From NCBI GenBank assembly GCA_052034235.1, contig JBPOIT010000002.1, positions 69,939-133,938 of the forward strand: DNA of 64,000 bases, written 5' to 3'. The stretch is from Candidatus Levyibacteriota bacterium (lineage in GTDB: Bacteria; Patescibacteriota; Microgenomatia; Levybacterales; UBA12049). Below the pieces are notes generated by a model. That model searched no databases and had not been told where the DNA came from. It saw nothing but the letters and a program-made list of their open reading frames with translations. A program made the position numbers and the translations under genes. This document shows positions 48,763 through 60,700 of the stretch, piece by piece. How positions within the stretch are numbered: the stretch's first letter is position 1; each line of letters opens with the position of its first letter.

Positions 48763-50118
48763 ATGGCTAAGAAATCCACAACCAGTTTTGTCTGTCAGGA
48801 CTGCGGCTATGATACACCGTCTTGGATGGGAAAGTGCCCTGAATGTGGCCAGTGGAATACGTTAAAAGAAATCAGGAACGTCGCACTTTCTTCATCAACT
48901 CCGATGCAAGTATCCCTTAATCCTGGAGATGGAAAGCCCAAACAATTAAAAGAAATTGTATATTCGGAGAAGTCGCGAATTCAAACAGAATACACTGAAC
49001 TGAATACAGTTTTGGGAGGAGGAATTGTCATGGGTGCTGCAATGCTGATTGCCGGTGATCCGGGAGTTGGTAAGTCCACTTTGCTTTTGCAGTTGTGCAT
49101 GAGCCTTGCAGGGAGTGGAAAAAAAGTCCTGTATATATCAGGTGAGGAATCTTCAGAGCAAATAAAAATGCGCGCCGATAGGCTCGAGCAACAAAGTGCA
49201 AAAAACAAAAATAGAAAAGCCGCAACTGGTGATAATTTGCTTCTTGTTTCACTTACCAACGCCGACGATATCGTTGCACAAATTGAGGCTATAAAACCAG
49301 AACTTGTGATTATTGATTCTATCCAAACGATAGAGTCTCAAAATGTTGCAGGACTATCAGGTTCTGTCGGGCAAGTTCGCTACGGAGCTTTGCAATTCGT
49401 GAGACTTGCAAAGCAGTTAAATATCCCTATAATGATCGTGGGTCACGTTACCAAGGAAGGAATGGTTGCCGGTCCCATGGTTCTGTCCCACATGGTCGAT
49501 ACCGTACTTTTCCTCGAAGGTGAGAAATTCGCCAAGACCAGAATACTGAGATCACTCAAAAATCGTTTCGGACCTGTTGATGAGGTCGGCATCTTTTTGA
49601 TGCAGGAAGATGGTATGGTCGAAGCGACAAATCCCGAGCAATTATTCTTGGATGGAACACACGGTGATGTCCCTGGCAGTGTCCTTGTAGCGACACTAGA
49701 AGGGTCAAGAGCATTTCTTGTGGAGTTACAAGCGTTAGTTGTCTCAACTAAGCTTCCAATGCCGCGTAGAGTCGTTTCCGGTACTGATCAGAGACGTGTC
49801 GAGTTGCTCCTTGCAGTATTACAAAAACATTGCCGGCTGCCTGTTGATAGTATGGATGTTTTTGTCAATGTTGCGGGAGGTTTAAAACTTTCAGATCCAG
49901 GAATTGATTTAGGCATTTGTCTTGCAATTTATTCAAGCCTGCAAAACGTACCAATGACCAAAACTGTCGGCATTGCCGAAGTTGGTTTGTTGGGCGAACT
50001 GAGAAGTGTCAGTGGCCTTGAAAAACGAGCTCGGGAAGCCGAAAAACTTGGATATAAAAATATCATTACAGCAAAGACGCACAAATCTTTGCGGGATGTC
50101 ATGCAGGGTTTTAAATAA
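48763..50118 (+). CDS. radA: DNA repair protein RadA/Sms
   Basis: N-terminal zinc finger CQDCGYDTPSWMGKCPECGQWNT; Walker A GDPGVGKSTLLLQ; KNRFG motif; Lon-like C-terminal domain. Confidence 0.9.
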   Translation: MAKKSTTSFVCQDCGYDTPSWMGKCPECGQWNTLKEIRNVALSSSTPMQVSLNPGDGKPKQLKEIVYSEKSRIQTEYTELNTVLGGGIVMGAAMLIAGDPGVGKSTLLLQLCMSLAGSGKKVLYISGEESSEQIKMRADRLEQQSAKNKNRKAATGDNLLLVSLTNADDIVAQIEAIKPELVIIDSIQTIESQNVAGLSGSVGQVRYGALQFVRLAKQLNIPIMIVGHVTKEGMVAGPMVLSHMVDTVLFLEGEKFAKTRILRSLKNRFGPVDEVGIFLMQEDGMVEATNPEQLFLDGTHGDVPGSVLVATLEGSRAFLVELQALVVSTKLPMPRRVVSGTDQRRVELLLAVLQKHCRLPVDSMDVFVNVAGGLKLSDPGIDLGICLAIYSSLQNVPMTKTVGIAEVGLLGELRSVSGLEKRAREAEKLGYKNIITAKTHKSLRDVMQGFK

Positions 50119-50131
50119 TTTACAAATAATT

Positions 50132-50980
50132 ATGGCTAAAGCACTTACAATCAAAAATAAACAAGCGGCAGTTGAATCACTGGTAACAGCGCTTGCACTT
50201 GAATCTGCTGATGGTAAAGCAGTTGAAGGTAAAGAAACTGAAGAAAAGCGTACGTCAGGATTCTCTCCCAAAATAATTGGTGCTATTGCTGACGAAGTCT
50301 CCAAAGCACTGCTCAATCGTTTACCGGCAATGCGTACCCGCAAGCGTGCTACAAAACCTAAAAAAGCAAACAAGATAGAGAATGCAATCTTTTTGGATAC
50401 AAGCGCTATTATTGATGGTCGTATCTTTGATGTTATCTATTTGGGACTCCTCACTGGAACGGTTGTGATTATCGATAGTATCTTACTAGAACTCAAACAT
50501 ATAGCAGATTCACAAGATATGGTTAAGCGCGAACGCGGGCGAAAAGGACTTGAGGCACTTGAAAAGCTCCGTAAATCAAAAAAACTCAAAGTGACAATAC
50601 TCAATGCCGAAGATGAAAAACCGTTTCAAAAAGGAAGAGAAGTCGATGAGCATCTCATTAGAATTGCCAAGTTCCACAAAGGGCGTGTTATTACCTGTGA
50701 TTATAATCTTGAGAAGAAAGGCAGTATTGAAAGCGTGGCTGCCATAAACATGAATGCGCTCGCAAACAGTTTGAAAGTGATAGCTGTTCCTGGAGAAGCA
50801 CTGCACGTTAAGGTTTCACATCAGGGAAAAGAAGCGACACAAGGTGTTGGTTATCTGGATGATGGAACTATGATCGTGGTTGAGCAGGGAACTGATGACA
50901 TTGGAAAAGCGATAGATGTGGTTGTTGCCAGAGTCATTCAGACTGCTACTGGGAGAATTTTATTTGCCAAAAAGATTTAG
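50132..50980 (+). CDS. PIN + TRAM domain protein (YacL-like)
   Basis: PIN core IFLDTSAIIDGRI...; C-terminal TRAM-like beta-rich domain; lies after radA as in Firmicutes. Confidence 0.6.
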   Translation: MAKALTIKNKQAAVESLVTALALESADGKAVEGKETEEKRTSGFSPKIIGAIADEVSKALLNRLPAMRTRKRATKPKKANKIENAIFLDTSAIIDGRIFDVIYLGLLTGTVVIIDSILLELKHIADSQDMVKRERGRKGLEALEKLRKSKKLKVTILNAEDEKPFQKGREVDEHLIRIAKFHKGRVITCDYNLEKKGSIESVAAINMNALANSLKVIAVPGEALHVKVSHQGKEATQGVGYLDDGTMIVVEQGTDDIGKAIDVVVARVIQTATGRILFAKKI

Positions 50981-51767
50981 CCTCTAAAATCAGGGTACAA
51001 AAAAGCTCATCTCCTCTGTAGAAGTAGGAGTCCCTGCCCAAGACTCCTACCTCATCAAAAAAGATGAGCGTGAAAACAATTCATGAAAAGTATTGAACTG
51101 TCAACAAAAATTCATGTTTTTGGCCTCATGCATTTTTCTTGACAATAATATCTTCTTTCAGATATATTTTACTCTGGCAATTGGTTTTATTCCTGCCTGA
51201 AGGACCAACTGCCTTTTACCCTAAGAGCATTGCTTTTCGTACCTGAACTTATCATCTGTATCGAAAGTGATGCTCTTTTTTTGTCTGCAATGCAGACTTC
51301 TTCAAATAGTTCCTCATATTTTACCCTGATACTTAGTTCTATCTGACGGATAAATTCAAATTTAAAAGTACTTTTAAGCTAATCTTACTGGGATGCTGAG
51401 TCCTAGATCTTTTAGCTTCTCAAACTGCTGCTTTCCTTGTGAGATAAGCATTTCCCTCTGATATTCAGCCAATGATTTTTCTTCAATTTTCTTCTTTTGA
51501 CTGAACAGACGGGCTAACAGTTTCATATTATGGTGCAATCGTAACACATCTTTGTTACTATGTCAACCTATAATAATGTAAGGGTAAAGTAAGATGCATC
51601 CTATAAGTAATACGCATCAAATTAGCTTGCTATATCAATAAAAAATACTTATCCAAAAAGATGTGGATAACTTTTGGACAGTAATAAACGTTTGAAACTA
51701 ACAAAACATAAGGGAAAGTTGCATGAATCTTGGTAATGATGGAATAGTTGCAATAGTAAAGGGGGCT

Positions 51768-52535
51768 TTATGCGTTGCGTAGCATTGCTGGAAGAGAACT
51801 TCTCAGACTTGGGCGGTAGTCGTAGTTGGTTCTTGATTTAAGCCAAAGTTTGACTACTTCGACTGTTTGTTTGATGCCTGTATTGGCATTTTCGTAGCGC
51901 TTCACACCTTCCCGATGGAAATACAGTGATTGCGCGATATTGGCTACTTTGCCGTATTGGAAAAACTTCACAAACACTTCAGTAAAAACGAGTGGATATT
52001 TGTTGTGTTTGAAATACAAAAGGTCTTTCGGAAGCATTTTTCTGTCAATCATGACTGTTTCAGGCTTGAGTGTTGAGGCTGAAAGAATAGTGTCATAAAT
52101 TGGTGCATGGTCTTCAGGAAGCTTGCTGCGTTCAAGTTTTTTGCAATCCTCATCTATACTCGTAAACTGTGTACCAACAGCTACTGTCTTTGGATTGTTA
52201 ATAAGGAAGTTTACTTGTCTTTTGAAACGGCTGACACTGTTGACGTCGTTAGGGTTCATGAATGCCACAAATCGGCCCTGTGCTTTCTTTAAAGCTCTGT
52301 TATAGCAAATAGCTGTACCATAACGCTTTTTGTTACGTATGAGCTCAAAATGTTTAAAATCTTTTTTGAATTTTCGAAGAATAGCACTGGAGTTATCACG
52401 AGAGTGGTCATCAACGGCGATGATTTGAATATCCTGGTAGGATTGGTCTTTGAGGCTCTGCAAACATTCCGGCAGAAACTTGCTCGCGTTGTACACTGGT
52501 AAAATAACAGTAACAAGGTAATCTTTTAGTTTCAT
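51768..52535 (-). CDS. Glycosyltransferase family 2
   Basis: VILPVYNASKFLPECLQSLKDQSYQDIQIIAVDDHSRDNS GT2 N-terminal signature (DxD-type). Confidence 0.8.
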   Translation of the reverse strand: MKLKDYLVTVILPVYNASKFLPECLQSLKDQSYQDIQIIAVDDHSRDNSSAILRKFKKDFKHFELIRNKKRYGTAICYNRALKKAQGRFVAFMNPNDVNSVSRFKRQVNFLINNPKTVAVGTQFTSIDEDCKKLERSKLPEDHAPIYDTILSASTLKPETVMIDRKMLPKDLLYFKHNKYPLVFTEVFVKFFQYGKVANIAQSLYFHREGVKRYENANTGIKQTVEVVKLWLKSRTNYDYRPSLRSSLPAMLRNA

Positions 52536-52667
52536 GGCGTTTGGTTTGGTTCCGCAAGTAGGTTTCGCGCGGACGTATATAATGAGCAGTAATTCTGTCG
52601 GGCAGAAGGTGTTAACCTTATCATAAATCGCTCTTTTTTGTCAAGTTTTGAGGCTGAGTCTGCCTTT

Positions 52668-53511
52668 TTATGCTGCTCGTTTATGATGATCTTGGAGCGA
52701 TACATAGGCAGTAGTGAATGTTAAGAATGTACTATCCCAATCACGATGGGTCTTTCCCTCGGAATAATCCATATAAAGCTGTACTAATGTAGTGATGTCA
52801 AGATCTCGGTCAGGAAACGCTTGACGGATAATCCTAGCTGCTCGTGTTATCATGCTTGGATGTATAGTACGCTTTTCTTTACGTGCAGTTTCATTATGTG
52901 AACTAAGTGGATAGGCATAGCTATTTGTAAAGCCGCTGTTTGATAGCGTTTCTCCTGAAAAAACCGTATGTGTTGGTCTATGTGCTGCTGCTTCAGAGTG
53001 CAAGTTTGTTACTGTTGGTGCGGGTGGACCAGCGTGTCTTGGATGCGGAGGTGCTATTGTGGGAACTGTCCATCTACCATCTCTCTCAGCAGGATCTTCA
53101 GTGGGACCGAGTTCATAGCGAGGTGAGATGGGGACAGGAACACCAATATCTATAGGGTCAAATGGGGAGGCGGTCTGTCCAACTTGTGGGTACACTTTCA
53201 GGTTTGGGTTGAGGTAGTTCTATAATAGTTGCAGGCTCTATGACAGTTGTTTTGAGAGGCTCGTTTGTTTGTATCAATTCTTCAGGTGTGCTTGTGCCCG
53301 TACCATCATGGGTAGCCAAATACTGCAGGATATGTTCTCCTTGTGCATTTTTGGTAATAGTGCTTGCCGAAACTTTAACATTAAATCTATCTGCAAAATG
53401 AGTCAGATCTGAATTACTTTTAAATCGGCCCAAGTTATCAGCAAAAGCAAATTCTGCAACCTCGCGTTCAGCTACAGTTTGCCATTGTTTCAGCTCTTGC
53501 TGCAATAGCAC
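52668..53511 (-). pseudogene. Pro-rich hypothetical gene split into two overlapping frames (53511-53158 and 53195-52668); possible frameshift
   Basis: Upstream ORF ends ...PQPKPESVPTSWTDRLPI*. The downstream ORF has no ATG; it begins at GTG directly after an in-frame TAG, and the two frames overlap by 38 nt. Confidence 0.35.
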
Positions 53512-53662
53512 GCATTATACACAAAACCCCACAAATCTGCGTGAGAGAAATGTGAGACAAGAGAATGAAGAATAATTCTTTCCTAAATAGAGTCAAAATC
53601 GTTAGTATCGTAACTAGAAACAGGTATGCTAATATAAAAATACTAGTATTTATTAGCTAATT

Positions 53663-56600
53663 ATGAGTGAAGGATCAGAAGGAGTTCCACAGCCTGGGGC
53701 TGCGGATACTGAGGAATTATCAATACCCAGAGAAGTAAAGCCAACCTATTCACCTGAGGTTGTGTCGGTTGATCGGATTGTTCCGGCTGATCGGGTGCAA
53801 GATAGAGATCAGGCTATCATCAGGGCTGTCGGGGAGACAATGGTAGTCCTCAATAAAGATGCAAAGCGAATAGATTTTTTTAACGAACGCGGAGAAAGGA
53901 TAGAACGCCCAGGAACAGAATTAATGATTGCGGATTGGGCACAAATTGTAGATGGGCCTTGGAAACTGGTAAGGACAGAGGGTGAAATTCCTCCAGGGAA
54001 TCCTCAGTATCATACTTTAGATTCTATTCCATCAACGGTCAGACTTGCAGGTGAAGCGTTGCTGGAAGGATTATCAGAAATCGAACTACCTCAAGAATCA
54101 TGGAATATTGACACTACAAATTTGGATCAGGTAGCAATTGATGTAAATGATGATGCAGTGGTGCTATCTATGCCTGGGACAGATAGTTATATTGGGTTTC
54201 TCAGAAAAGATGATGCTGATAATCCACTGTCTGGTGCAAACTGGAGACGTGTTGATTCTCTTTTTGCTGATGCCAGTGCATTACCTGATGTGGTCAATGC
54301 AAGAATCGCTCTAATAGACCAACCTGATATACAAGCTGTAGCGTCGCTAGATAATGCGTATTCTGTTGCATCTACAGAACATGCCATTATTATTTCTGAT
54401 CCTACTGGTGCCGAACGGCACAGAGAATCCCTCTCAAATGTCGGCAACAATATTGCTAAACATCCCCAACAATCAGGGACTTTTTACTTTTGCACAGAAG
54501 ATGCTGACACGATTTCATTTATGGATACCAATACTACTGTTATGCGCACCCAGCAAATTCCGTTGCCTGAGGCATATACAGATGTTCACAATCTGCAACT
54601 AGATCCTTCGGGTCATTTTGTCAGTTTTGCTTCACAGGACAAATTTGTGTTACTTCGTTTGGATAATGGTGAATTGAAACCTATTGATACTGTTGATGGA
54701 GTTTATCACGCAAGTATTGTATATGAAGAGTCGCCTTCAGGAGAGTTGCGGGCACAACTAAAGGGACTCAATCAAAATGGGCATCTTGTTTCCCGAGATG
54801 TAGATTTTGGACCCGTTTTTCGGGAAATACAACGTGAAGAAGCAGAGCGTAGGGCAGCGGCAGTTGACGTAGACAGTATGACTGATGATGAACGAGAAGC
54901 TGAGCGCTTGAGGATTATTGAAGAACGATACGAACCAGTACTTGGAGCTGATAGAGCCACACGCGTACAAGCTCTTCAAGCGCAATTGGAAGGTGTAACT
55001 ACCTTTGAAGAGTTACGAGCTTTGCGTGAACGAAACACTATGTGGCTGAATAATCTGCAATCTCGCGTGAGTGAGGATGAAGTGACATTCTATCGTATCG
55101 GTTTGGAAGGAGCCATTAATGTTAGAGAAGAAGCCATGAGCGTGGGAAGATTCTCTGAAGATTTAGCTGCATTTACCGAGATTATAGGTACACCGTTAGC
55201 ACCAGATTCGTATGTTGATGCTACAAGACTTATTGAAGACTTACGGGATTTACAAGGAAAAGTGCCGGCAGAATTACGTGCACAACTTACCAGCGAGCTG
55301 AGACGTTTTGAACAAGTGGAACGAGATTTTAAAGCCGTTCAAAACGAACGACTCACCCATGATACCACTGAAATACTCACTCAAGCGCAGAATATACTGA
55401 CAACGATCAATACGGCTAGCGCTCTGACAGCTTTTGAAGACGGTTTACCTGATGGAGATGATTTACAGTCCTTGACTGCTAGGCTGAACTATTTGCATAG
55501 CGTAAGTATCCCTGAGTATCGTGCGATGATTGATAACGCTCGTCGAAGGATTATTACTATGATTGTTGAAAGGAGTCGAGCGATTGCTGAACGTGAGGCA
55601 GAACGGGGTATTTCACCAACAGAAGCCCATGATACTTTGGTACAACTCCATAAAGACGAAATTCAAAATATCATTGATTCATTACGCAGAAGAGGATTGC
55701 ATAGCAGAGAGTCTGTAAATGATGCTCTTGGGGTTAACGATACAGAAGAAGATCCTGACGCACAAGGTCTTAAATTAACCTATCGAAGAGTACGGGATGC
55801 AATTGAAGATTTGCAAGATAGCTATCCAGGTGATTATCGTACGCTTAAACGCACATTAGGTGTTTCCGTGGCGCGCTACATTGCAGAAGTTGAACGTGTA
55901 ACTACTAGAGGAGAAGGAGGAGACCAGCGCCCAATGGTAAGAATGGGAGAGCGAAGCGTTCGTGTCTATGAGGAAAAACCCAAAGCAAAACGGCAAAAAG
56001 AACGCAAGGCAACGCTTAATTTTGTTGAAGACAATCCAGAAAGTGGGATAGGACATTTAGAGATTCTTTTGAAGAATGGTAAAACAGATACAGTCTCACG
56101 AAGAGTATTCGCAGATCATCCTCTTCAGGGAAAGTATGAAAGCGGTTTGGTGCGATACAGGCTCAAAAGAACAACAAAAACAACAATGACTGAGGATGAT
56201 TTCCTGGCACTTGAAGATGATTTTTTTGATTGGCAGAAAGGTGAAGAAAAGTCTGAAATACGAAAAACCATCAAAGAAAAGCGTGGGAAAGTTCAAGAAT
56301 ATCACCAAACAAGACCGGTACGTCTTTTTGGAAGTGATGAAAATACACCACCCATACCTTTGAGAGAGGCAAGAGAACAGCTAGCTGCACTTCGGGAAGA
56401 AAATAAAGAACGAGCACGCAACGGTGAGCCTGAAGTGCCGATTCCAACCGATGAAAACCGCAACCCTTTAATGAGGGTCGAGGATGAAGCGTGGGTTCGT
56501 GGATATGAGGAGGTTATGAATGAATATGCTCAATATGCAGCAGATCACCATTATATACTGTTCTCTGAGATTGACAAACAGCTTACTGCTCCAGAAGAAG

Positions 56601-57712
56601 AAAAATCAGAATCTATTGGCTATGTTCCAGAGCTTAGTCCATATTGGACCTTTGATGAACAAACAGAAAAGAGTTTGGAACTGATGGCTGAATTTGCAGA
56701 CATACAGGAACGTTTGCAAGTAGGGATGATCAATATGCGAGGTCATGCCGGTACTGGAAAAGATGTACTTGTAGAGATGTTTTGCAATATGACAAAACGG
56801 CAATATTTTGCTTTTAACTGTTCAAAGTGGACTGACGAAACAGATCTCTCAGAAGCAATTTCACTCAAAGATGGCAGTGTTATCACTATTCCATCAACAG
56901 TATACCAAGCAATTCAAACTTCAGGTGCAGTATTGTACTTTAATGAGTTCAATGCATTGCCTGAGCCGACACAGCTATATCTTAATTCACTGCTTGATCA
57001 AAAACGTGAATTGGTTCTCCCTTCAAAAGGTTCCATCAAAGCAGAACCGGATGTCCTGATGTTTAGCTCAATGAATGAAGGAGAAGGGTATGCTGGAGTC
57101 AATCCGATTGCCAAGCCAGTCCGTGACCGTTTGCAGTGGATTGATGTAGAGTACCCGCCATTACACCGTGAGCCTCGATCTGAAGATACTCGAGCAGTAC
57201 CATTTAGCGCATCAGAAGCACTGCGTATTGCCAGAGGTGTCACATCGCTTGAAGAATTCACTTATGATTTTGACATGCAATACAATGACTTTGTTAAAAT
57301 GTGGGATCATTTCATAAACGGTGTGGACAATGGTGTTGCTGATGACTCACTAACGGCAGAACAGCGATTTGATCTTGAAACAGTATTTAATCTCGTACAG
57401 TATAGTGAAAAACTGCGTATAGCATTTGTCAACAGTACCAAGCCAAAACGTGCGCAAGTAAAAATTATGCCAACAGATCCACAACCACTTATGACTATGG
57501 AACCAATTACTGGAAGAGGGTTGTTGTTTGCTGCCGCTGATCTCAGTAATATACCTGTTGAGGAGAAAACAACCCCTGGAAGGCGTAGCGCTCACTCTAC
57601 AGCAGTAGAACTTTTACAGAGAAGATTCTTACCAAAGATAGCAGATGTTACTGAGCGGCAGAGTGTAGATACGGCACTACGTGCTTGGCCAGTAGAAGCT
57701 GCTGCAGCATAA
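53663..57712 (+). CDS. Giant (1349 aa) protein: about 950 aa of uncharacterised N-terminal and coiled-coil region fused to a C-terminal MoxR-type AAA+ ATPase
   Basis: C-terminal region GHAGTGKDVLVEMF (Walker A), VLYFNEFNALPEPTQLYLNSLLDQKREL (Walker B and sensor region) and MFSSMNEGEGYAGVNPIAKPVRDRLQWIDVEYPP match MoxR/AAA_3-AAA_5 motifs (DEiNRa...tQsaLL; ATqNP.e.eG...DRF....v.YP). Confidence 0.7.
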   Translation: MSEGSEGVPQPGAADTEELSIPREVKPTYSPEVVSVDRIVPADRVQDRDQAIIRAVGETMVVLNKDAKRIDFFNERGERIERPGTELMIADWAQIVDGPWKLVRTEGEIPPGNPQYHTLDSIPSTVRLAGEALLEGLSEIELPQESWNIDTTNLDQVAIDVNDDAVVLSMPGTDSYIGFLRKDDADNPLSGANWRRVDSLFADASALPDVVNARIALIDQPDIQAVASLDNAYSVASTEHAIIISDPTGAERHRESLSNVGNNIAKHPQQSGTFYFCTEDADTISFMDTNTTVMRTQQIPLPEAYTDVHNLQLDPSGHFVSFASQDKFVLLRLDNGELKPIDTVDGVYHASIVYEESPSGELRAQLKGLNQNGHLVSRDVDFGPVFREIQREEAERRAAAVDVDSMTDDEREAERLRIIEERYEPVLGADRATRVQALQAQLEGVTTFEELRALRERNTMWLNNLQSRVSEDEVTFYRIGLEGAINVREEAMSVGRFSEDLAAFTEIIGTPLAPDSYVDATRLIEDLRDLQGKVPAELRAQLTSELRRFEQVERDFKAVQNERLTHDTTEILTQAQNILTTINTASALTAFEDGLPDGDDLQSLTARLNYLHSVSIPEYRAMIDNARRRIITMIVERSRAIAEREAERGISPTEAHDTLVQLHKDEIQNIIDSLRRRGLHSRESVNDALGVNDTEEDPDAQGLKLTYRRVRDAIEDLQDSYPGDYRTLKRTLGVSVARYIAEVERVTTRGEGGDQRPMVRMGERSVRVYEEKPKAKRQKERKATLNFVEDNPESGIGHLEILLKNGKTDTVSRRVFADHPLQGKYESGLVRYRLKRTTKTTMTEDDFLALEDDFFDWQKGEEKSEIRKTIKEKRGKVQEYHQTRPVRLFGSDENTPPIPLREAREQLAALREENKERARNGEPEVPIPTDENRNPLMRVEDEAWVRGYEEVMNEYAQYAADHHYILFSEIDKQLTAPEEEKSESIGYVPELSPYWTFDEQTEKSLELMAEFADIQERLQVGMINMRGHAGTGKDVLVEMFCNMTKRQYFAFNCSKWTDETDLSEAISLKDGSVITIPSTVYQAIQTSGAVLYFNEFNALPEPTQLYLNSLLDQKRELVLPSKGSIKAEPDVLMFSSMNEGEGYAGVNPIAKPVRDRLQWIDVEYPPLHREPRSEDTRAVPFSASEALRIARGVTSLEEFTYDFDMQYNDFVKMWDHFINGVDNGVADDSLTAEQRFDLETVFNLVQYSEKLRIAFVNSTKPKRAQVKIMPTDPQPLMTMEPITGRGLLFAAADLSNIPVEEKTTPGRRSAHSTAVELLQRRFLPKIADVTERQSVDTALRAWPVEAAAA

Positions 57713-57713
57713 T

Positions 57714-60700
57714 ATGTCCCAAGAATCTAATGAATTTCATGACCAGTCTCTCATAGGTGAACAGCCGACATTACCAGAACGTCCAGTGCATCATAATCGA
57801 GCAGTTGATCGGGCAAGAGAATTACTTAGAAGGATCTTCAAGAAAACTGGAACAAGAAATCGTGCAGAAGAGCCACATCATCGTGAGCCCCCTCAAGCTC
57901 TAGAGGAAACCTTATCTGATGAGCCAGAACCCAAAATGCCTCCTTCTGAACATTTTAACCGTCAGAATGCGAGAGAGATGGAAAGGCTTGCTGAACAAGG
58001 AACTCCCGAATTGCGTGTTCTTCCCGGCGACCAATGGGCGATGCATTATCCCAACGGTATAGATGCCAGAAATGAAGCAGTTGAGCGGCTATTTGCAGGA
58101 GAAGCCGATCCGCATGTCGAAGTTGATACTGTCACCCCTGATACGCTTTTTTATGATCAGAATGAATTGACTAATAAAGGGTTTTCTACTGTACGTAATA
58201 GGGTATTTGATGTTGTGACATCTCATGAACATTATGATTATGCAAAGTTCACCAATTTTATCTCTGAAATGCACGGGACAACCATAGATGCAGCATTGGC
58301 GCAAAAATTGTATAACACAATTGCGTATGATCGTATCAGACATGTCATGCTTGATACGTATCATGCAACTGATCGAGCAAGAATTGTTGAGACTATCCGT
58401 ACTGAAATGCAGGCTACTCCAGCTCAAATAAGGTCACTTGCTGGAATGGAACAGATTCTTGCTGCCTTGAAGACAAACACATATGCAGATGATTTTGAGT
58501 TTGTTACCCCTGCAATACAGCGCAGAGTAGAAGATAGCTTAGCTCCAGAAGATGCGAGTCTTACAAGTGGATTGCAGGAAAGTTATAACCAATATATGCA
58601 ACAGGGGACACCTGATGCCTATGATACCCTTGTGCGAAGCATTAAAGAGTATTATCAACCTGAGCAAGAGCACTCGCATGAACCTCAGCAAAACGAAGAT
58701 CAACAAATGCCTCCTTTTAACGAAGAATATCAACCTCCTACAGAAAGTGATAGGGATTCGATGCGATATTTTGAAGTAATACCAACCGGTGATGCAACAG
58801 AACCTGTATTTGGCAAATACAAAACAGTCAAACAGGGTTATTTTGATAGAGCAAGTATGTCCTGGAAAAGTAAAAATGTGAGACGTCCATACACGTCAGT
58901 AGTTGAAGGAGCGCAGCGATACACAATTGCCAATATTCCAGCAATTCAGGATGCAGAACTTTATGATATTCCCGTACCAGATGGTTTTGCGCTTGACTAT
59001 AACTCGTTCCAGACAACGGGTTCTGATGCCAAGCTTTTGCAAGATACTGATGGGTGTTTTTTTATTCAGGGTAGCGATGTCGGAAAGTTTACCGTAGATT
59101 TTCTTCCATCGGACAAAACATTTACTAATCCTCCTCAAACAGTTGACAGTATACCTCTTCATAGTGGATCACTCTCAGAAGAAGCAGAAGACTTTGTCAG
59201 GGAAGTAAAGAATGCAGATCCGGAAAACGAAGTGATTGCGCAGAAAGTAGATGAGTTTATTAAATCCAGACATCTCTATCCGAGTGAGGATGAACTCATG
59301 ACATTACAGAGTGAACTGCTAAGTATTTCAACTGGCGATACGTATATACAAAACCTTGAACGATCAGATCTTCTTGATTGTTACCTAGGGAATACTTTGG
59401 CGATTGCTATGCTCAGGCATGCTGGGGTTCCTGCCAGAATCGTCAAAGGACATGAAGTTTCAGATACAAACGAAAACATGGCAGTCATTGACGGCAGTAC
59501 CGGACATGCTTGGAGTGAGTTTTGGGATGGAAATCAATGGATCCAATACGACTTTACACCTGATAAACCATCCGATGCAGCACAAGAAGAACAAGAACAA
59601 CAATCTGGAAATGAAAGTGGAGTGGGGCAAGAAGAAAAAGAACCTGGTGAGGGAACGGAAGCTAAAGATTCACCTGAAGGCATTCGTCCACCAGCATTAC
59701 CGAGAGTTGATAATGATAGTAATCTGATCCCACAATCAGGTGCTGGTGAAGAAGAAGAACAGCTAGCTGAGCGGGATCTAGAAGCGGCGGGAGAGGCCAT
59801 AGAAGAGGCGAGAACGCGCCAAAGAGAATTGCAGGGGCAAATAGGTGATCTAGATTCTTTTGAAGGCATTCAAGGCATGCAAGAAGAAGTATCGGGTGAC
59901 GAACAGCTTTTTAATGATATGAAAGACCAATTTGCAGATGCGCTCAGTGCTCGTGCGCTACAAATGAAAGAAAACATGCTTGAAGAATTGGAGAATATGG
60001 TTGAGGATGGGTTTATGAGTGAAGAACAGGAAGCAGCCATGCGTGAGCAAATAGGACAAGCAGAGTATACAGAGCTTGATCAAGTGCGTGAACAAATTGC
60101 CACTGAGAATAGTGCTTACAATGAATTCCAGCGTATTCGAGAAGAAATAGAACCGCTCGTTGATGAGTGGTTTGAGTATTTTGTTTCAAAGTTACCGAGA
60201 GAAGATGTTGTAACCTATGATGATACTGCTGTAGGCAAGCGCGGGAGAATTAATGAAAATGCACTTTCGAGCCCCGGGAAATTTATAACCGGAAAAGTGT
60301 TAAGTCCACGGGTTATGAGGCCGGAAATCAGAGCGAAGTTTCTCGCATCCGTTGTCGTTGATGTAAGTCAATCAATGGTGCTTAACGACACTCTTACTGC
60401 CTATGATCCTACTAAATTGAATAACGCGAAAAAGCTCGTTGTCTTTTATAACGAACTGTTCTCACGTATTAGTGAACAGTACGGGTATATTAAGTATGCA
60501 AATTACGCTTTTGCCCAAGACGTAATCGTCATTAAGCGTTTCGAACAGCAATATAACTCTGCAAAACGATATACCTATGAAGGCGATGAATCCTCAACAG
60601 TAAAGGCACGATTAATGGAAAGTTTACAAGCAAAAGATTCCAGTTATACGCTCGAAGCGGTACAAACTGCTGCTGATGATTTAAATGCTATCAAACAACA

